A stretch of DNA of 32,000 nt from Ruminococcus albus 7 = DSM 20455 (GCF_000179635.2 NC_014833.1:1110001-1142000); one strand, 5' to 3'; counted from the stretch's first letter, positions 8,864 to 18,413 are shown. Numbers and translations: made by a program. The notes: generated by a model not told the origin, from the letters alone.

Positions 8864-9667
8864 ATGGATATAAATGATATGCAGCAGGTATGGCAGTATT
8901 CGCCCGAGCAAAAATTCGTGATAAAGCCGAGACTTGCAAGGGGCGAACGTTCGACAGGCGGCGGACTGTGGTTCATTACCCTGCTGCCGCTGATAGGTAT
9001 GGTCATGGAGAGCTTCGCAGTGGATAAGTATTCGGGTGCGGTGCTGTGGCTGATGGTCATAGGTCTTATGTTTTTCGGATGCTATGCTGATCTCAGACAC
9101 GCAGACGACCTTGACGATATGACAAGGCAAGGTTTAAAAAAGGCAGTGCTGATACCTCCTCTTTACCTTTACCGAAGGGATAAGGCGCGTGGAGTTGGAA
9201 CCACAAAGGGTATCGTTATGGGTATACTTATGGTGGCAGCGTTTTTCTCAAACGGATTCGTGAAGGGTCTTACGGTCGATGCGGACAGTATCATCGAAAG
9301 GCTGGAGATGACACCTGTTTCAGTGCTTGGGTATAAAGAACCTGATGATGATAAGACTATCGGCAGTCAGCTGGAGGGCTGGTTCGATGATAGTAAGTAC
9401 GAAAGTGATTGTACCCATACGGGAGATATCTACGCTGTTACATACAGCGGTACTCACGAAGGCAAGACTGCGGAGATCACTGTGAATGTTGAGCATGACG
9501 GTTACATATTCAAGGATATTACCCCTGAGGGCATTACGCTTGACGGCAAAGAGCTTGAAGATGATGAACTGAAGGATATGCAGAAAACCATATTTGTCGG
9601 AGATGAAGCCGATGATGAGGAGGAAAATTCCGAAGTATCATCCGAAAAAGCATCCGAAAAAGAATAA
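8864..9667 (+). CDS. Hypothetical membrane protein with an acidic C-terminal tail
   Basis: 267-aa ORF with about 3 predicted TM helices ('LWFITLLPLIGMVM', 'VLWLMVIGLMFFGCY', 'IVMGILMVAAFF') and a D/E-rich C-terminus. The start is uncertain because the SD lies 14 nt away. Confidence 0.5.
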   Translation: MDINDMQQVWQYSPEQKFVIKPRLARGERSTGGGLWFITLLPLIGMVMESFAVDKYSGAVLWLMVIGLMFFGCYADLRHADDLDDMTRQGLKKAVLIPPLYLYRRDKARGVGTTKGIVMGILMVAAFFSNGFVKGLTVDADSIIERLEMTPVSVLGYKEPDDDKTIGSQLEGWFDDSKYESDCTHTGDIYAVTYSGTHEGKTAEITVNVEHDGYIFKDITPEGITLDGKELEDDELKDMQKTIFVGDEADDEEENSEVSSEKASEKE

Positions 9668-9678
9668 TTGTACAAAAA

Positions 9679-9714
9679 ATATCCCCTGTACACACAGCTG
9701 TGCGCAGGGGATAT
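9679..9714. terminator. Bidirectional terminator between convergent genes
   Basis: ATATCCCCTG (9679-9688) pairs with CAGGGGATAT (9705-9714), with an inner CACAGCTGTG palindrome. An A-run lies upstream and a T-rich stretch downstream. Confidence 0.7.
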
Positions 9715-9716
9715 AC

Positions 9717-10376
9717 TTATTTGTTCAGTTCTTCTATAACGGGTATAACATGGGCAAGGGTCTCACAGCAGGCGTACATCAGCCCGGAGATCTCATCGTC
9801 GGGCTGTGAAAGATCGGGTACAAATACAGGTACGCATCCTGCACCCTTTGCGGACTTTATACCGTTTGGTGAATCCTCCAGCGCGATACATTCAGCAGGC
9901 GGAAGACCCAGTTCAGCGGAGGCGGTTATATAGATGTCCGGATCGGGTTTGGAGCTTTTTACCATATTGCCGCATACCACCTTGTCAAAGTGGTGGTAAA
10001 CACCTATTGATTCAAGATACAGCTTTGTCCTGATATTATCGGTAGCCGTTGCCACAGCAAGGCGCATACCGCTGTCCTTGCCATAGGCGATGAGTTCATC
10101 CAGTCCCGGCTTTTTTTCAATGCCGTTTTTTTCGATATATGCGTTCATAAGTTCAATTCGTTTAAGGCGGACTTTTGCGTAATCAAAATCGGGGCTTATC
10201 TCCCTCTGCAGCTTGGGACCTGCGTATTTTCCTGCAAGAGAGCGTATACCGAGTACGTGTTCCTGCTTCATCTCCCAACCGTAGAAAGCAGCAGCTTCAC
10301 GCCAGAAACGGGTGAGCAGTTTTTCGGTATCGACCATAAGTCCGTCCATATCGAATATCAATCCGTTTATTTTCAT
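9717..10376 (-). CDS. HAD-superfamily hydrolase (beta-phosphoglucomutase / sugar-phosphatase-like)
   Basis: Motif I 'FDMDGLMVDTE', motif II 'VATAT', motif IV 'EDSPNG'. I chose the ATG at 10376, which has a GAGGT SD 9 nt upstream, over the track start at 10430. Confidence 0.85.
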   Translation of the reverse strand: MKINGLIFDMDGLMVDTEKLLTRFWREAAAFYGWEMKQEHVLGIRSLAGKYAGPKLQREISPDFDYAKVRLKRIELMNAYIEKNGIEKKPGLDELIAYGKDSGMRLAVATATDNIRTKLYLESIGVYHHFDKVVCGNMVKSSKPDPDIYITASAELGLPPAECIALEDSPNGIKSAKGAGCVPVFVPDLSQPDDEISGLMYACCETLAHVIPVIEELNK

Positions 10377-10472
10377 TTTACTGACCTCACTTTTTAGCGA
10401 AAGAATTTCATTACCTTTTGATTTTAGCATACCGTAGCGGATATGTCAAGTCGGATATGGACCTATGAGGTA

Positions 10473-10501
10473 TTTACTTTTTATGGCATATATGATATAA
10501 T
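10473..10501 (+). promoter_or_regulatory. Sigma-A-type promoter for the pyruvyl-transferase fusion gene
   Basis: TTTACT (10473-10478), 17 nt spacer, TATAAT (10496-10501). Confidence 0.5.
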
Positions 10502-10554
10502 TGGTGCAGCGCAGTGTTCACACAAAACAGCGCAGTGGGGAGCGTTAATAAAGT

Positions 10555-12384
10555 ATGGAACAGGGACTTAAAATACTGCTTGTATGCATTACAAATAAAA
10601 ACTACGGAGATACGATAATTGCTGATTGTACGGAGTATCTTCTGCATAAAGCCCTTGGCAGGGCTGACAGCACCTGTAAGATCCTCAGGTACAGTATAAC
10701 CGGTCTTGACCTATGGCAGATAGGCTATGCTGATGCTGTTGTGTTTGCCGGCGGCGGTTTAATAAAATATGAGCATGAGGAATTCTGTGAGCGCTTATCT
10801 GAGATAGTGGAAGAAGCAGAAAAATGCGGAGTTCCTGTGTTCCTGAATGCGGTTGGTGTTGAGGGATATGACGAGAACAATGAGCGCTGTCAGCGGCTGA
10901 AACGGGCACTGAATTCGGAAACGGTCAAGGCTGTGACCATAAGGGATGATCACGCTTTGTTCAAGAATGAATACGCTGTCCGCAAGGGGCTGAGGGTAAA
11001 GCCTGTGTTTGATACTGCGGTGTGGGCTGATAAAGTATATCGCATATCTCCTTCTGAAAGTGATGTGATCGGGCTGAATGTTGCCCGCGGAGATATATTC
11101 GCGGATTACGGCGCTGTCGGTATAGACGAGGAGTATATGCTGAACTTCTGGAAAGAACTTACAGACAAGCTGACAGAACGCGGCTTGAAATGGAAGATAT
11201 TCACCAACGGTTTTGACAGCGATGAGAAGTTCGCTGTAAAGCTTTGTGAGATGCTGGGCTGTGAGAAGCTGCCGCAGGTGGGATCTGCGAGACAACTGGT
11301 GAAGTATCTGAGCGGATTCAAGGCTGTGGTGGCGGTGAGGATGCACGCTTGTATAACCTCCTGCGCACTGGGACTGCCATGTGTGGGGCTTGTATGGAAC
11401 GACAAGCTGAGAATGTGGGGCGAGAAGATAGGTACTCCCGAAAGATATATCGAGCCAGAGGAACTTACTGCTGACAAGGTACTGCTGATGCTGGACAGAG
11501 CGATGTTCGAGGGCGGAAAGTCAGCGGGGGCTATAGCAAAGCTTGCCGCACCTTATGAGCTGAAAAGATTTTTACGGAAAGAATGTAGACCTCGTGGTGT
11601 TAAGTATGAGGGTAAGGCTGCTGACAAGATAATGGAGGTCGGACTTGGAGGTATACAGCACAAGTACAAAGCGCTGAACAATCTGAGCGAGATGAAGCGA
11701 AGACTCGATAAGGGCTGTACGGTTTTTGAAGCCGATGTTCGACTGACCTGCGATAATAAGGCAGTATGCATAAATGGCTGGTCAGAGAAGAACCTGAAAA
11801 TGCTGGGTGCTGAGTACAACGAGAACAGTCGTCTTGGCATACCGTCTAAGGATTTTCTGACGGCTAAGTATGATGGAAAGTACAAGACCTGTAGTTTTGA
11901 AGATGTAGCTAAGGAATTTGCCGTCAGGGGCAACGCAAGGCTGATGATAGACATCGGTATACCGCCCAAGGAACAGCACGAAGCACTGCTACGAGAGATC
12001 GCAGGTATACTAAAAGCCACGGGTCTTGGCAAAAAGCGGACGATGATACGCTTTCAGCGGGAGAAGGACATAAAGTTCTGGAAAACGCTGGAATGCGACT
12101 GCACGATAGTATACTTCCTGAAAGATTCCACAGATCCTGCGGAGCGTGATGAGTACAGAAACAAGGCTTTCGCGGTGTGCAAGAAGTACGGGATAGATAC
12201 TATATCCATGGTGGCACAGACCTACACCAATGAAACGGCGGAGCTTCTTAAAAGCAAAAAGCTGAAACCTGTGATACTCAGCTGTGACAAGGTAGGGGAC
12301 GCTGTTGAAATGATAGAGCGCGGCGCTTATCTGGTGGGCAGCAATTTCTATTCTGCGAGGTACATAAAAGACCTTACATCATGA
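10555..12384 (+). CDS. Polysaccharide pyruvyl transferase-family domain fused to a GDPD/PI-PLC-like domain
   Basis: The N-terminal ~340 aa look like PS_pyruv_trans: 'NKNYGDTIIADC', 'VVFAGGGLI', 'AVRMHACITSCALGLPCVGL'. The C-terminal ~260 aa look GDPD-like: 'GLGGIQHKYKALNNL...FEADVRLTCDNKAVCINGW'. Confidence 0.7.
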   Translation: MEQGLKILLVCITNKNYGDTIIADCTEYLLHKALGRADSTCKILRYSITGLDLWQIGYADAVVFAGGGLIKYEHEEFCERLSEIVEEAEKCGVPVFLNAVGVEGYDENNERCQRLKRALNSETVKAVTIRDDHALFKNEYAVRKGLRVKPVFDTAVWADKVYRISPSESDVIGLNVARGDIFADYGAVGIDEEYMLNFWKELTDKLTERGLKWKIFTNGFDSDEKFAVKLCEMLGCEKLPQVGSARQLVKYLSGFKAVVAVRMHACITSCALGLPCVGLVWNDKLRMWGEKIGTPERYIEPEELTADKVLLMLDRAMFEGGKSAGAIAKLAAPYELKRFLRKECRPRGVKYEGKAADKIMEVGLGGIQHKYKALNNLSEMKRRLDKGCTVFEADVRLTCDNKAVCINGWSEKNLKMLGAEYNENSRLGIPSKDFLTAKYDGKYKTCSFEDVAKEFAVRGNARLMIDIGIPPKEQHEALLREIAGILKATGLGKKRTMIRFQREKDIKFWKTLECDCTIVYFLKDSTDPAERDEYRNKAFAVCKKYGIDTISMVAQTYTNETAELLKSKKLKPVILSCDKVGDAVEMIERGAYLVGSNFYSARYIKDLTS

Positions 12385-12397
12385 TATCCAAAACAAA

Positions 12398-12426
12398 AGC
12401 CATAGCACGAATAATGTGCTATGGCT
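12398..12426. terminator. Bidirectional terminator between convergent genes
   Basis: Perfect 11-bp stem AGCCATAGCAC / GTGCTATGGCT with a 7-nt loop, flanked by AAAACAAA and TGATTTTAT. Confidence 0.8.
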
Positions 12427-12442
12427 TGATTTTATATGCTTA

Positions 12443-15136
12443 TCAGAGGTTATTGAGCATCTCGGTGAGATTAGCTACAAGTGCCTTAGCCTTGACCTCT
12501 TTCTCACGTATCTCGTTAACTACCTTTTCGGGTGCCTTGGACATGAACTTTTCGTTGTTCAGCTTGCTGTTTACAAAGTCCAGTTCCTTATTTGCCTTTT
12601 CGAGCTCCTTGGTGATACGAGCCTTTTCAGCTTCGATATCAACAAGCTCTCTGAGAGGCAGGAGCAGTTTTGCATCAGCGGTAGCAACTGTTACCATGCC
12701 GCTTGCATCAGCTGGTTCATCAGCGGTAACTGTTACCTCGGAAGCGCTTGCAAGTCTCTTCAGGAAGTCGGCAGCTTCGGCATAGTCAGCTGTATTTGCT
12801 GTAACTATGGTGATGTGTGCCTTTCTTGAATTGGGAACGTTATGACCTGAACGGCACTCACGGACAGCGCGTACAGCTTCCATGATCTTTTCCATTCTTG
12901 CCTCGTCAGCAGGAAAGTCGAGTTCAGCCTTGTACTCGGGCCAGCTCTGCATCATCAGGTAGCCCTCATCGTGGGGGAGTGCCTGATATATTTCCTCGGT
13001 TATGAAAGGCATGAAGGGGTGGAGCATTTTCAGTATATCTGTCAGTACATAAGCAAGAACGTTCTCTACATTCTTCTTAGCCTGTGCGTCCTCGCCGTTG
13101 AAACGGTTCTTTGCCAGCTCGATATACCAGTCGCAGAAGCTGTTCCAGATGAAGTCGTATACCTTCTGTGCGGCTACGCCCATCTCGAAGTGTTCGAGGT
13201 TGTAGGTAACTTCCTTTATCACCTTGTTCAGGCTGGAGAGTATCCACTTATCTTCGAGGGTCAGCTCCTTGGGAAGCTCGATCTTGTCGATGGTCATGTT
13301 CATCAGCAGGAATCTGGAAGCGTTCCATATCTTGTTGGTGAAGTTTCTCATGGCAACGATCTTTTCTTCGCTGTAACGCATATCGTTTCCGGGAGAAGAA
13401 CCCTGTACCAGCATGAATCTCAGAGCGTCAGCACCGTACTGGTCGATCACCTCCAGAGGGTCGATGCCGTTGCCCAGAGACTTGGACATCTTTCTGCCTT
13501 GGGAATCTCTTACAATACCGTGGATAAGTACGGTATCAAAGGGTGCCTTGCCTGTATATGCAAGACCGGAGAATATCATTCTGCTTACCCAGAAGCCGAT
13601 GATATCATAGCCTGTTACCAGTGTGCTTGTGGGGTAGAAGTAGTTGAAATCGTCACTCTGCTTATCGGGCCAGCCCAGTATGCTGAAAGGCCACAGTGCA
13701 GAAGAGAACCATGTATCCAGTGAGTCCTCGTCCTGAGTGAGGTTGGTGCTGCCGCACTTTTTACACTTGCAGGGAGCTTCCTTGGCTACGTTTATCTCGC
13801 CGCAGTCAGCGCAGTACCATGCGGGGATACGGTGACCCCACCACAGCTGACGGGAAATGCACCAGTCTCTTGTATTATTCATCCAGTTGAGATAGGTCTT
13901 GGTGAATCTCTCGGGAACGAACTTGATCTTGCCATCTTCAACTGCCTTTATTGCAGGTTCAGCCAGAGGCTTCATCTTAACGAACCACTGCTTGGATATC
14001 ATAGGCTCGATGGTGGAGTGGCAGCGGTAGCAGGTGCCTACATCGTGCTTCAGGGGTTCAACTTCTTTCAGCAGACCCAGTGCTTCGAGGTCGGCAACGA
14101 TGACCTTTCTTGCTTCAACTGTGGTCATGCCTGCGTACTTGCCGCAGTCGAGAACTTCGGGCTCACCCTCAGCCATCAGACCGCTGGCTTTCAGTTCTTC
14201 GTAAGCTGCCTTGTCCTCAGCGCCTGTCATATGGCCGTCATAGGTGAAGCATCTTACGCTGGGCAGAGAATGTCTCTGACCAACTTCAAAGTCGTTGGGG
14301 TCATGGGCAGGAGTTATCTTAACTACGCCTGTACCCTTTTCCATATCGGCGTGCTCGTCGCATACTATGGGTATCTCCTTGTCAAGCAGGGGGAGTATAA
14401 CGTGGCAGCCGTGGAGGTGCTTGTATCTGGGGTCTTCCTCGTTGATAGCAACTGCGGTATCGCCCAGCATAGTTTCGGGACGGGTGGTAGCTATCTCAAG
14501 GAACTCGCCTGTCTCTTTTACCTTATAGAGTATGTGCCAGAAATTGCCGTCCTTGTTGTCGTACTCAACTTCCGCATCGGAGATAGATGTCTGGCATTTG
14601 GGGCACCAGTTTACCATACGGTTTCCGCGGTAGATAAGACCCTCTTCGTAGAGCTTTACAAATACTTCCAGTACAGCCTTTGAGCACTGGTCGTCCATAG
14701 TGAAATGCTCTCTCTCCCAGTCGCAGGAAGTACCTAGAGTTCTCAGCTGTTCAACGATACGTCCGCCGAACTTCTCTTTCCATGCCCATGCTCTCTCCAT
14801 GAACTTGTCACGTCCGAGGTCAGCCTTTGTGATACCCTCCTGACGCATAGCTTCAACTATCTTGGCTTCGGTCGCGATAGCTGCGTGGTCGGTGCCGGGG
14901 ATCCACAGTGCGGCATAGCCCTGCATTCTCTTGAAACGGGTGAGTATATCCTGCATGGTGTTGTCAACAGCGTGACCCATATGCAGCTGACCCGTTACGT
15001 TCGGGGGCGGCATAGCTATGGAATAGGGCTTTTTCTTGGGGTCGGCAACGCCGCGGAAACAGCCTGCTTCCTCCCATGCCTTATATGTACGGCTCTCAAC
15101 TTCGCGAGGGTCGTAGGTCTTTGATAATTCTTTCAT
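12443..15136 (-). CDS. valS: Valine--tRNA ligase
   Basis: 897 aa. HIGH motif 'PPPNVTGQLHMGHA', 'KMSKSLGN', a C-terminal coiled coil, and a GAAAGGA SD. Confidence 0.97.
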   Translation of the reverse strand: MKELSKTYDPREVESRTYKAWEEAGCFRGVADPKKKPYSIAMPPPNVTGQLHMGHAVDNTMQDILTRFKRMQGYAALWIPGTDHAAIATEAKIVEAMRQEGITKADLGRDKFMERAWAWKEKFGGRIVEQLRTLGTSCDWEREHFTMDDQCSKAVLEVFVKLYEEGLIYRGNRMVNWCPKCQTSISDAEVEYDNKDGNFWHILYKVKETGEFLEIATTRPETMLGDTAVAINEEDPRYKHLHGCHVILPLLDKEIPIVCDEHADMEKGTGVVKITPAHDPNDFEVGQRHSLPSVRCFTYDGHMTGAEDKAAYEELKASGLMAEGEPEVLDCGKYAGMTTVEARKVIVADLEALGLLKEVEPLKHDVGTCYRCHSTIEPMISKQWFVKMKPLAEPAIKAVEDGKIKFVPERFTKTYLNWMNNTRDWCISRQLWWGHRIPAWYCADCGEINVAKEAPCKCKKCGSTNLTQDEDSLDTWFSSALWPFSILGWPDKQSDDFNYFYPTSTLVTGYDIIGFWVSRMIFSGLAYTGKAPFDTVLIHGIVRDSQGRKMSKSLGNGIDPLEVIDQYGADALRFMLVQGSSPGNDMRYSEEKIVAMRNFTNKIWNASRFLLMNMTIDKIELPKELTLEDKWILSSLNKVIKEVTYNLEHFEMGVAAQKVYDFIWNSFCDWYIELAKNRFNGEDAQAKKNVENVLAYVLTDILKMLHPFMPFITEEIYQALPHDEGYLMMQSWPEYKAELDFPADEARMEKIMEAVRAVRECRSGHNVPNSRKAHITIVTANTADYAEAADFLKRLASASEVTVTADEPADASGMVTVATADAKLLLPLRELVDIEAEKARITKELEKANKELDFVNSKLNNEKFMSKAPEKVVNEIREKEVKAKALVANLTEMLNNL

Positions 15137-15161
15137 TATGATTTATCCTTTCAAAATCCAT

Positions 15162-15190
15162 ACCCCGCCTCCGCTTTGCGGAAACGGGGA
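15162..15190 (-). other. Intercistronic stem-loop between ileS and valS (weak or partial terminator at best)
   Basis: The minus strand reads CCCCG-ttt-CCGC-aaa-GCGG-agg-CGGGG, then UAUGGAUUUU. The U-tract is separated from the stem. The whole ileS-valS gap is only 67 nt. Confidence 0.4.
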
Positions 15191-15203
15191 TATGGCTGTA
15201 TAA

Positions 15204-18200
15204 TTACTTTTTAAGTGCAACAGTTACCTTTCTGCCGTCCTCATACTCTACTTCATAGGAAGTATCAGCATCAGCAAAATCGCTGTTGTCGGAAAGTGTT
15301 TCGCCGCAGATGTAATCTACCCATGATGCAGGAACATCGCCTGTCAGCTTCATGGAGATCCTGTCGGTGATAGCGCAGCCCAGCTTACGGCGTGCGTCCT
15401 GAATGCTTCTTACGATATCTCTTGCAAAGCCTTCGTCACGGAGCTCATCGGTGATGGTGAGGTCGAGGGAAACAACGATGCCCTTATCGGAAGCAACGTG
15501 CTGACCTGCCTTAGCCTGATATGTTACCAGTATAACCTCAGCATCGAACTCTTCATCGGTACCGTTTATGTTAAGCACTGCCTTGTCGCCAAGCTTGAAC
15601 TTGCCGCTCTTGACAGCCTTGATGATATCGGGTATCTTGTCGGGATATCTGTTTCTGATCTCGTTGAAGTTAGGAGCGTACTTGATCTCTGCAACGCTCT
15701 CGGCGCTTTCGAGTATCTTTACTTCCTTAACGTTCAGTTCTTCTGCGATGATATCCTTGAAGCTGTCGACAACTGCATTACCCTCGCTGTCGCTGAGTGC
15801 AACACACAGTTCGCTCAGTGGCTGACGGTTCTTAACGTTGTTCTTGCTTCTGATAGATCTTGCCAGATAGATAACATTTCTTACCAGCTTGACTTCGTCC
15901 AGCAGCTTGTCATCACGGAAGCTCTCGGGGATATCAGCCCAGCTCTCCAGATGTACGGAGTAGCCGCCTGTAAGTGTCCTGTACAGCTTTTCAGCGATGA
16001 TAGGTGCAGCGGGGGCGAAGAGTTTGCACATATTAACAAGTACATAGTACAGTGTTTCGTAAGCATTCTTCTTGTCCTCGCTAAGACCCTTCTCCCAGAA
16101 ACGTCTTCTGGAACGTCTGATGAACCAGTTAGTCAGACCGTCTACCAGTTCGATAAGGTTCTCGACATACTTGTTTACGAAGTATGCGTCCATATTCTTG
16201 CTGATAGCCTCGCTTGCCTCCCACAGCTTAGCCAGCATCCAGCGGTCGAGCTGGTTGTCGGAAGTCGGGGGTGTCAGGCTCTCAGGCTTGAAATCGTCTA
16301 TATTAGCATAGCTGATGTAGAAGTTGCAGGCATTCCACAGTGGGAATATGATCTGCTGAAGTGCATCGGATATACCGTTGTCATCAAACTGGAGATCGCC
16401 TATCAGCATAGCGTTTGTCTGATAGAGGTACAGTCTGAATGCGTCGGTACCGAACTTCTTCATCAGTTCCATGGGGTCGGTGTAGTTTCTGGAGGACTTG
16501 GAAAGCTTCTTGCCGTCCTTAGCCAGTATAGTACCGTGTACTACGCAGTTAGAGAAGCAGGGCTTATCGAACAGCGCAACGGAGAGAACGTGCAGGTAGT
16601 AGAACCAGCATCTGATCTGACCTGTATACTCAACGATGAAGTCAGAGGGGAAGTGGCTGTCGAACCATTCCTTGTTCTCGAATGGATAGTGTTTCTGTGC
16701 GAAAGGAACAGAGCCGCTCTCGAACCAGCAGTCGAGAACTTCGGGTACTCTTACCATAGTGCCGTCGCAGTCGGGGCAGTCGCACTTGAACTTGATCTTA
16801 TCCATATACTGTCTGTGCAGATTTGTGAGTCTTACGCCGCTCTTTTCTTCGATCTCGTCGATAGAACCGAGTACGACTCTCTTGCCGCACTTGTCGCACT
16901 CCCATATCGGGATAGGAGTAGACCAGTATCTGTTTCTGGAGATGTTCCAGTCACGGGCATTTTCGAGCCACTTGCCGAATCTGCCGTGCTTAACTGTCTC
17001 GGGTACCCAGTTGATATTCTCGTTCTGGGCGATCAGCTTGTCCTTGATCTTGGTAACATCGAAGTACCAGGCATCCATAGCCTTGTATATCAGAGGTCTC
17101 TTACATCTCCAGCAGTGAGGATAGTTATGCTCGATGGTACCGTCAGCAACAGCCTTGCCCTGCTCGTATAGGAAGCGGATAACTGTGGGGTTCATCTCGA
17201 TAACGTTCTTCTCGCCGTCCTTCTCATAGAAGTCGGTCACTTCCTCGGTGAATCTGCCCTTAGCGTCAACAGGGTTCACCAGCGGGATGCCGTTGTTCTT
17301 GCAGGTCCAGTAGTCGTCCTCACCGAAAGCGGGAGCGGTATGTACGATACCAACACCCTCGTCAGCGCCGACATAGTCAGCTGTGACAACTCTGAATGCC
17401 TTATCTTTAAGATCAGCAAAGTAGGGGAACAGAGGCTCGTATGTCCTGCCGACCAGTTCCTCGCCCTTTGCGGTCTTTACTATCTTGGGTTCCTTGCCGA
17501 ATATCTTGTCATATCTCGGCAGTACTGCGGTACAAGCTATGAATATCTCGTCGCCTACATCGCAGAAAGCATATTCAAGATCCTTGCCTACTGCCAGACA
17601 CAGGTTTGAAGGCAGTGTCCAGGGAGTAGTTGTCCATGCCAGGAAGAATACGGGCTTGCCGTCGATAACTTCCTCGGTCTTGAATTTTGCGATTATCCAT
17701 CTGTCCTGACGGGGTCTTGTGGAATCTGATTCTCTTGTATCAGATATAGAAAGTGAAGTTTCGCAGTGTGTGCAGTAGGGGGTAACTCTGTAATCCCTGT
17801 AAATAAGACCCTTGTCATAGCACTGCTTGAAAGCCCACATTACGGATTCCATAAATGTGGGGTTCATGGTCTTGTACGCACCGTCGTAATCTACCCAGCG
17901 CGCCATCTGTTCAACGTATTCCTTCCATGCTTCGTTATTGCCGCTTACCAGCTCAAAGCATTTATCGTTGAACTTGTCTATACCCAAAGTATTCTCGATG
18001 TAGTTCTTGTCATCGATACCCAGATCCTTCTCGACCTGATTCTCGATAGGCAGACCGTGGCAGTCCCAGCCCCATACTCTCGGTACCTTATAGCCCTTCA
18101 TTGTCCAGTAGCGGGCAATAAGATCCTTTATGAATGATACCAGTATAGTACCGTGGTGAGGTTTGCCCGTAGGGAAGGGAGGTCCGTCATAGAATACGAC

Positions 18201-18326
18201 CTCGGGGGCTTTCTTGTTGACTGATTTTTCAAATACGTTCTCGTCTTTCCAGAATTTCAGGACATCCTCCTGTATTTCCGGAATGTTCGGCTTTCCTGCC
18301 AGTTCTTCGTACTTCAAATATTTCAC
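15204..18326 (-). CDS. ileS: Isoleucine--tRNA ligase, long type-2 (eukaryote-like) form
   Basis: 1040 aa. 'YDGPPFPTGKPHHGTIL' occupies the HIGH position; also 'WGWDCHGLPIE' and 'KLSKS'. The start is GTG at 18326 or the in-frame TTG 9 nt downstream, since the SD AAAGGTG sits very close to the GTG. Confidence 0.97.
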   Translation of the reverse strand: MKYLKYEELAGKPNIPEIQEDVLKFWKDENVFEKSVNKKAPEVVFYDGPPFPTGKPHHGTILVSFIKDLIARYWTMKGYKVPRVWGWDCHGLPIENQVEKDLGIDDKNYIENTLGIDKFNDKCFELVSGNNEAWKEYVEQMARWVDYDGAYKTMNPTFMESVMWAFKQCYDKGLIYRDYRVTPYCTHCETSLSISDTRESDSTRPRQDRWIIAKFKTEEVIDGKPVFFLAWTTTPWTLPSNLCLAVGKDLEYAFCDVGDEIFIACTAVLPRYDKIFGKEPKIVKTAKGEELVGRTYEPLFPYFADLKDKAFRVVTADYVGADEGVGIVHTAPAFGEDDYWTCKNNGIPLVNPVDAKGRFTEEVTDFYEKDGEKNVIEMNPTVIRFLYEQGKAVADGTIEHNYPHCWRCKRPLIYKAMDAWYFDVTKIKDKLIAQNENINWVPETVKHGRFGKWLENARDWNISRNRYWSTPIPIWECDKCGKRVVLGSIDEIEEKSGVRLTNLHRQYMDKIKFKCDCPDCDGTMVRVPEVLDCWFESGSVPFAQKHYPFENKEWFDSHFPSDFIVEYTGQIRCWFYYLHVLSVALFDKPCFSNCVVHGTILAKDGKKLSKSSRNYTDPMELMKKFGTDAFRLYLYQTNAMLIGDLQFDDNGISDALQQIIFPLWNACNFYISYANIDDFKPESLTPPTSDNQLDRWMLAKLWEASEAISKNMDAYFVNKYVENLIELVDGLTNWFIRRSRRRFWEKGLSEDKKNAYETLYYVLVNMCKLFAPAAPIIAEKLYRTLTGGYSVHLESWADIPESFRDDKLLDEVKLVRNVIYLARSIRSKNNVKNRQPLSELCVALSDSEGNAVVDSFKDIIAEELNVKEVKILESAESVAEIKYAPNFNEIRNRYPDKIPDIIKAVKSGKFKLGDKAVLNINGTDEEFDAEVILVTYQAKAGQHVASDKGIVVSLDLTITDELRDEGFARDIVRSIQDARRKLGCAITDRISMKLTGDVPASWVDYICGETLSDNSDFADADTSYEVEYEDGRKVTVALKK

Positions 18327-18384
18327 ACACCTTTACTTAGCGGGGGCTGTTCTATTTAACCCGCGCCTAAAATATACAAAATTA

Positions 18385-18413
18385 ATTATACCACTGTGTA
18401 GTATCAATGTCAA
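18385..18413 (-). promoter_or_regulatory. Consensus sigma-A promoter for ileS(-valS)
   Basis: On the minus strand: TTGACA (18408-18413), 17 nt spacer, TATAAT (18385-18390). Both hexamers match the consensus exactly. Confidence 0.65.

Noticed and set aside
15498-17171. 557-aa ORF on the + strand, plus 250- and 283-aa ORFs at 12971-13723 and 13832-14683
   Set aside because: They lie entirely antisense to ileS and valS, whose identity is unambiguous. They have low-complexity, Leu/Val-rich translations, no SD and no recognisable motifs. Such stop-free antisense frames are typical of long, biased genes.
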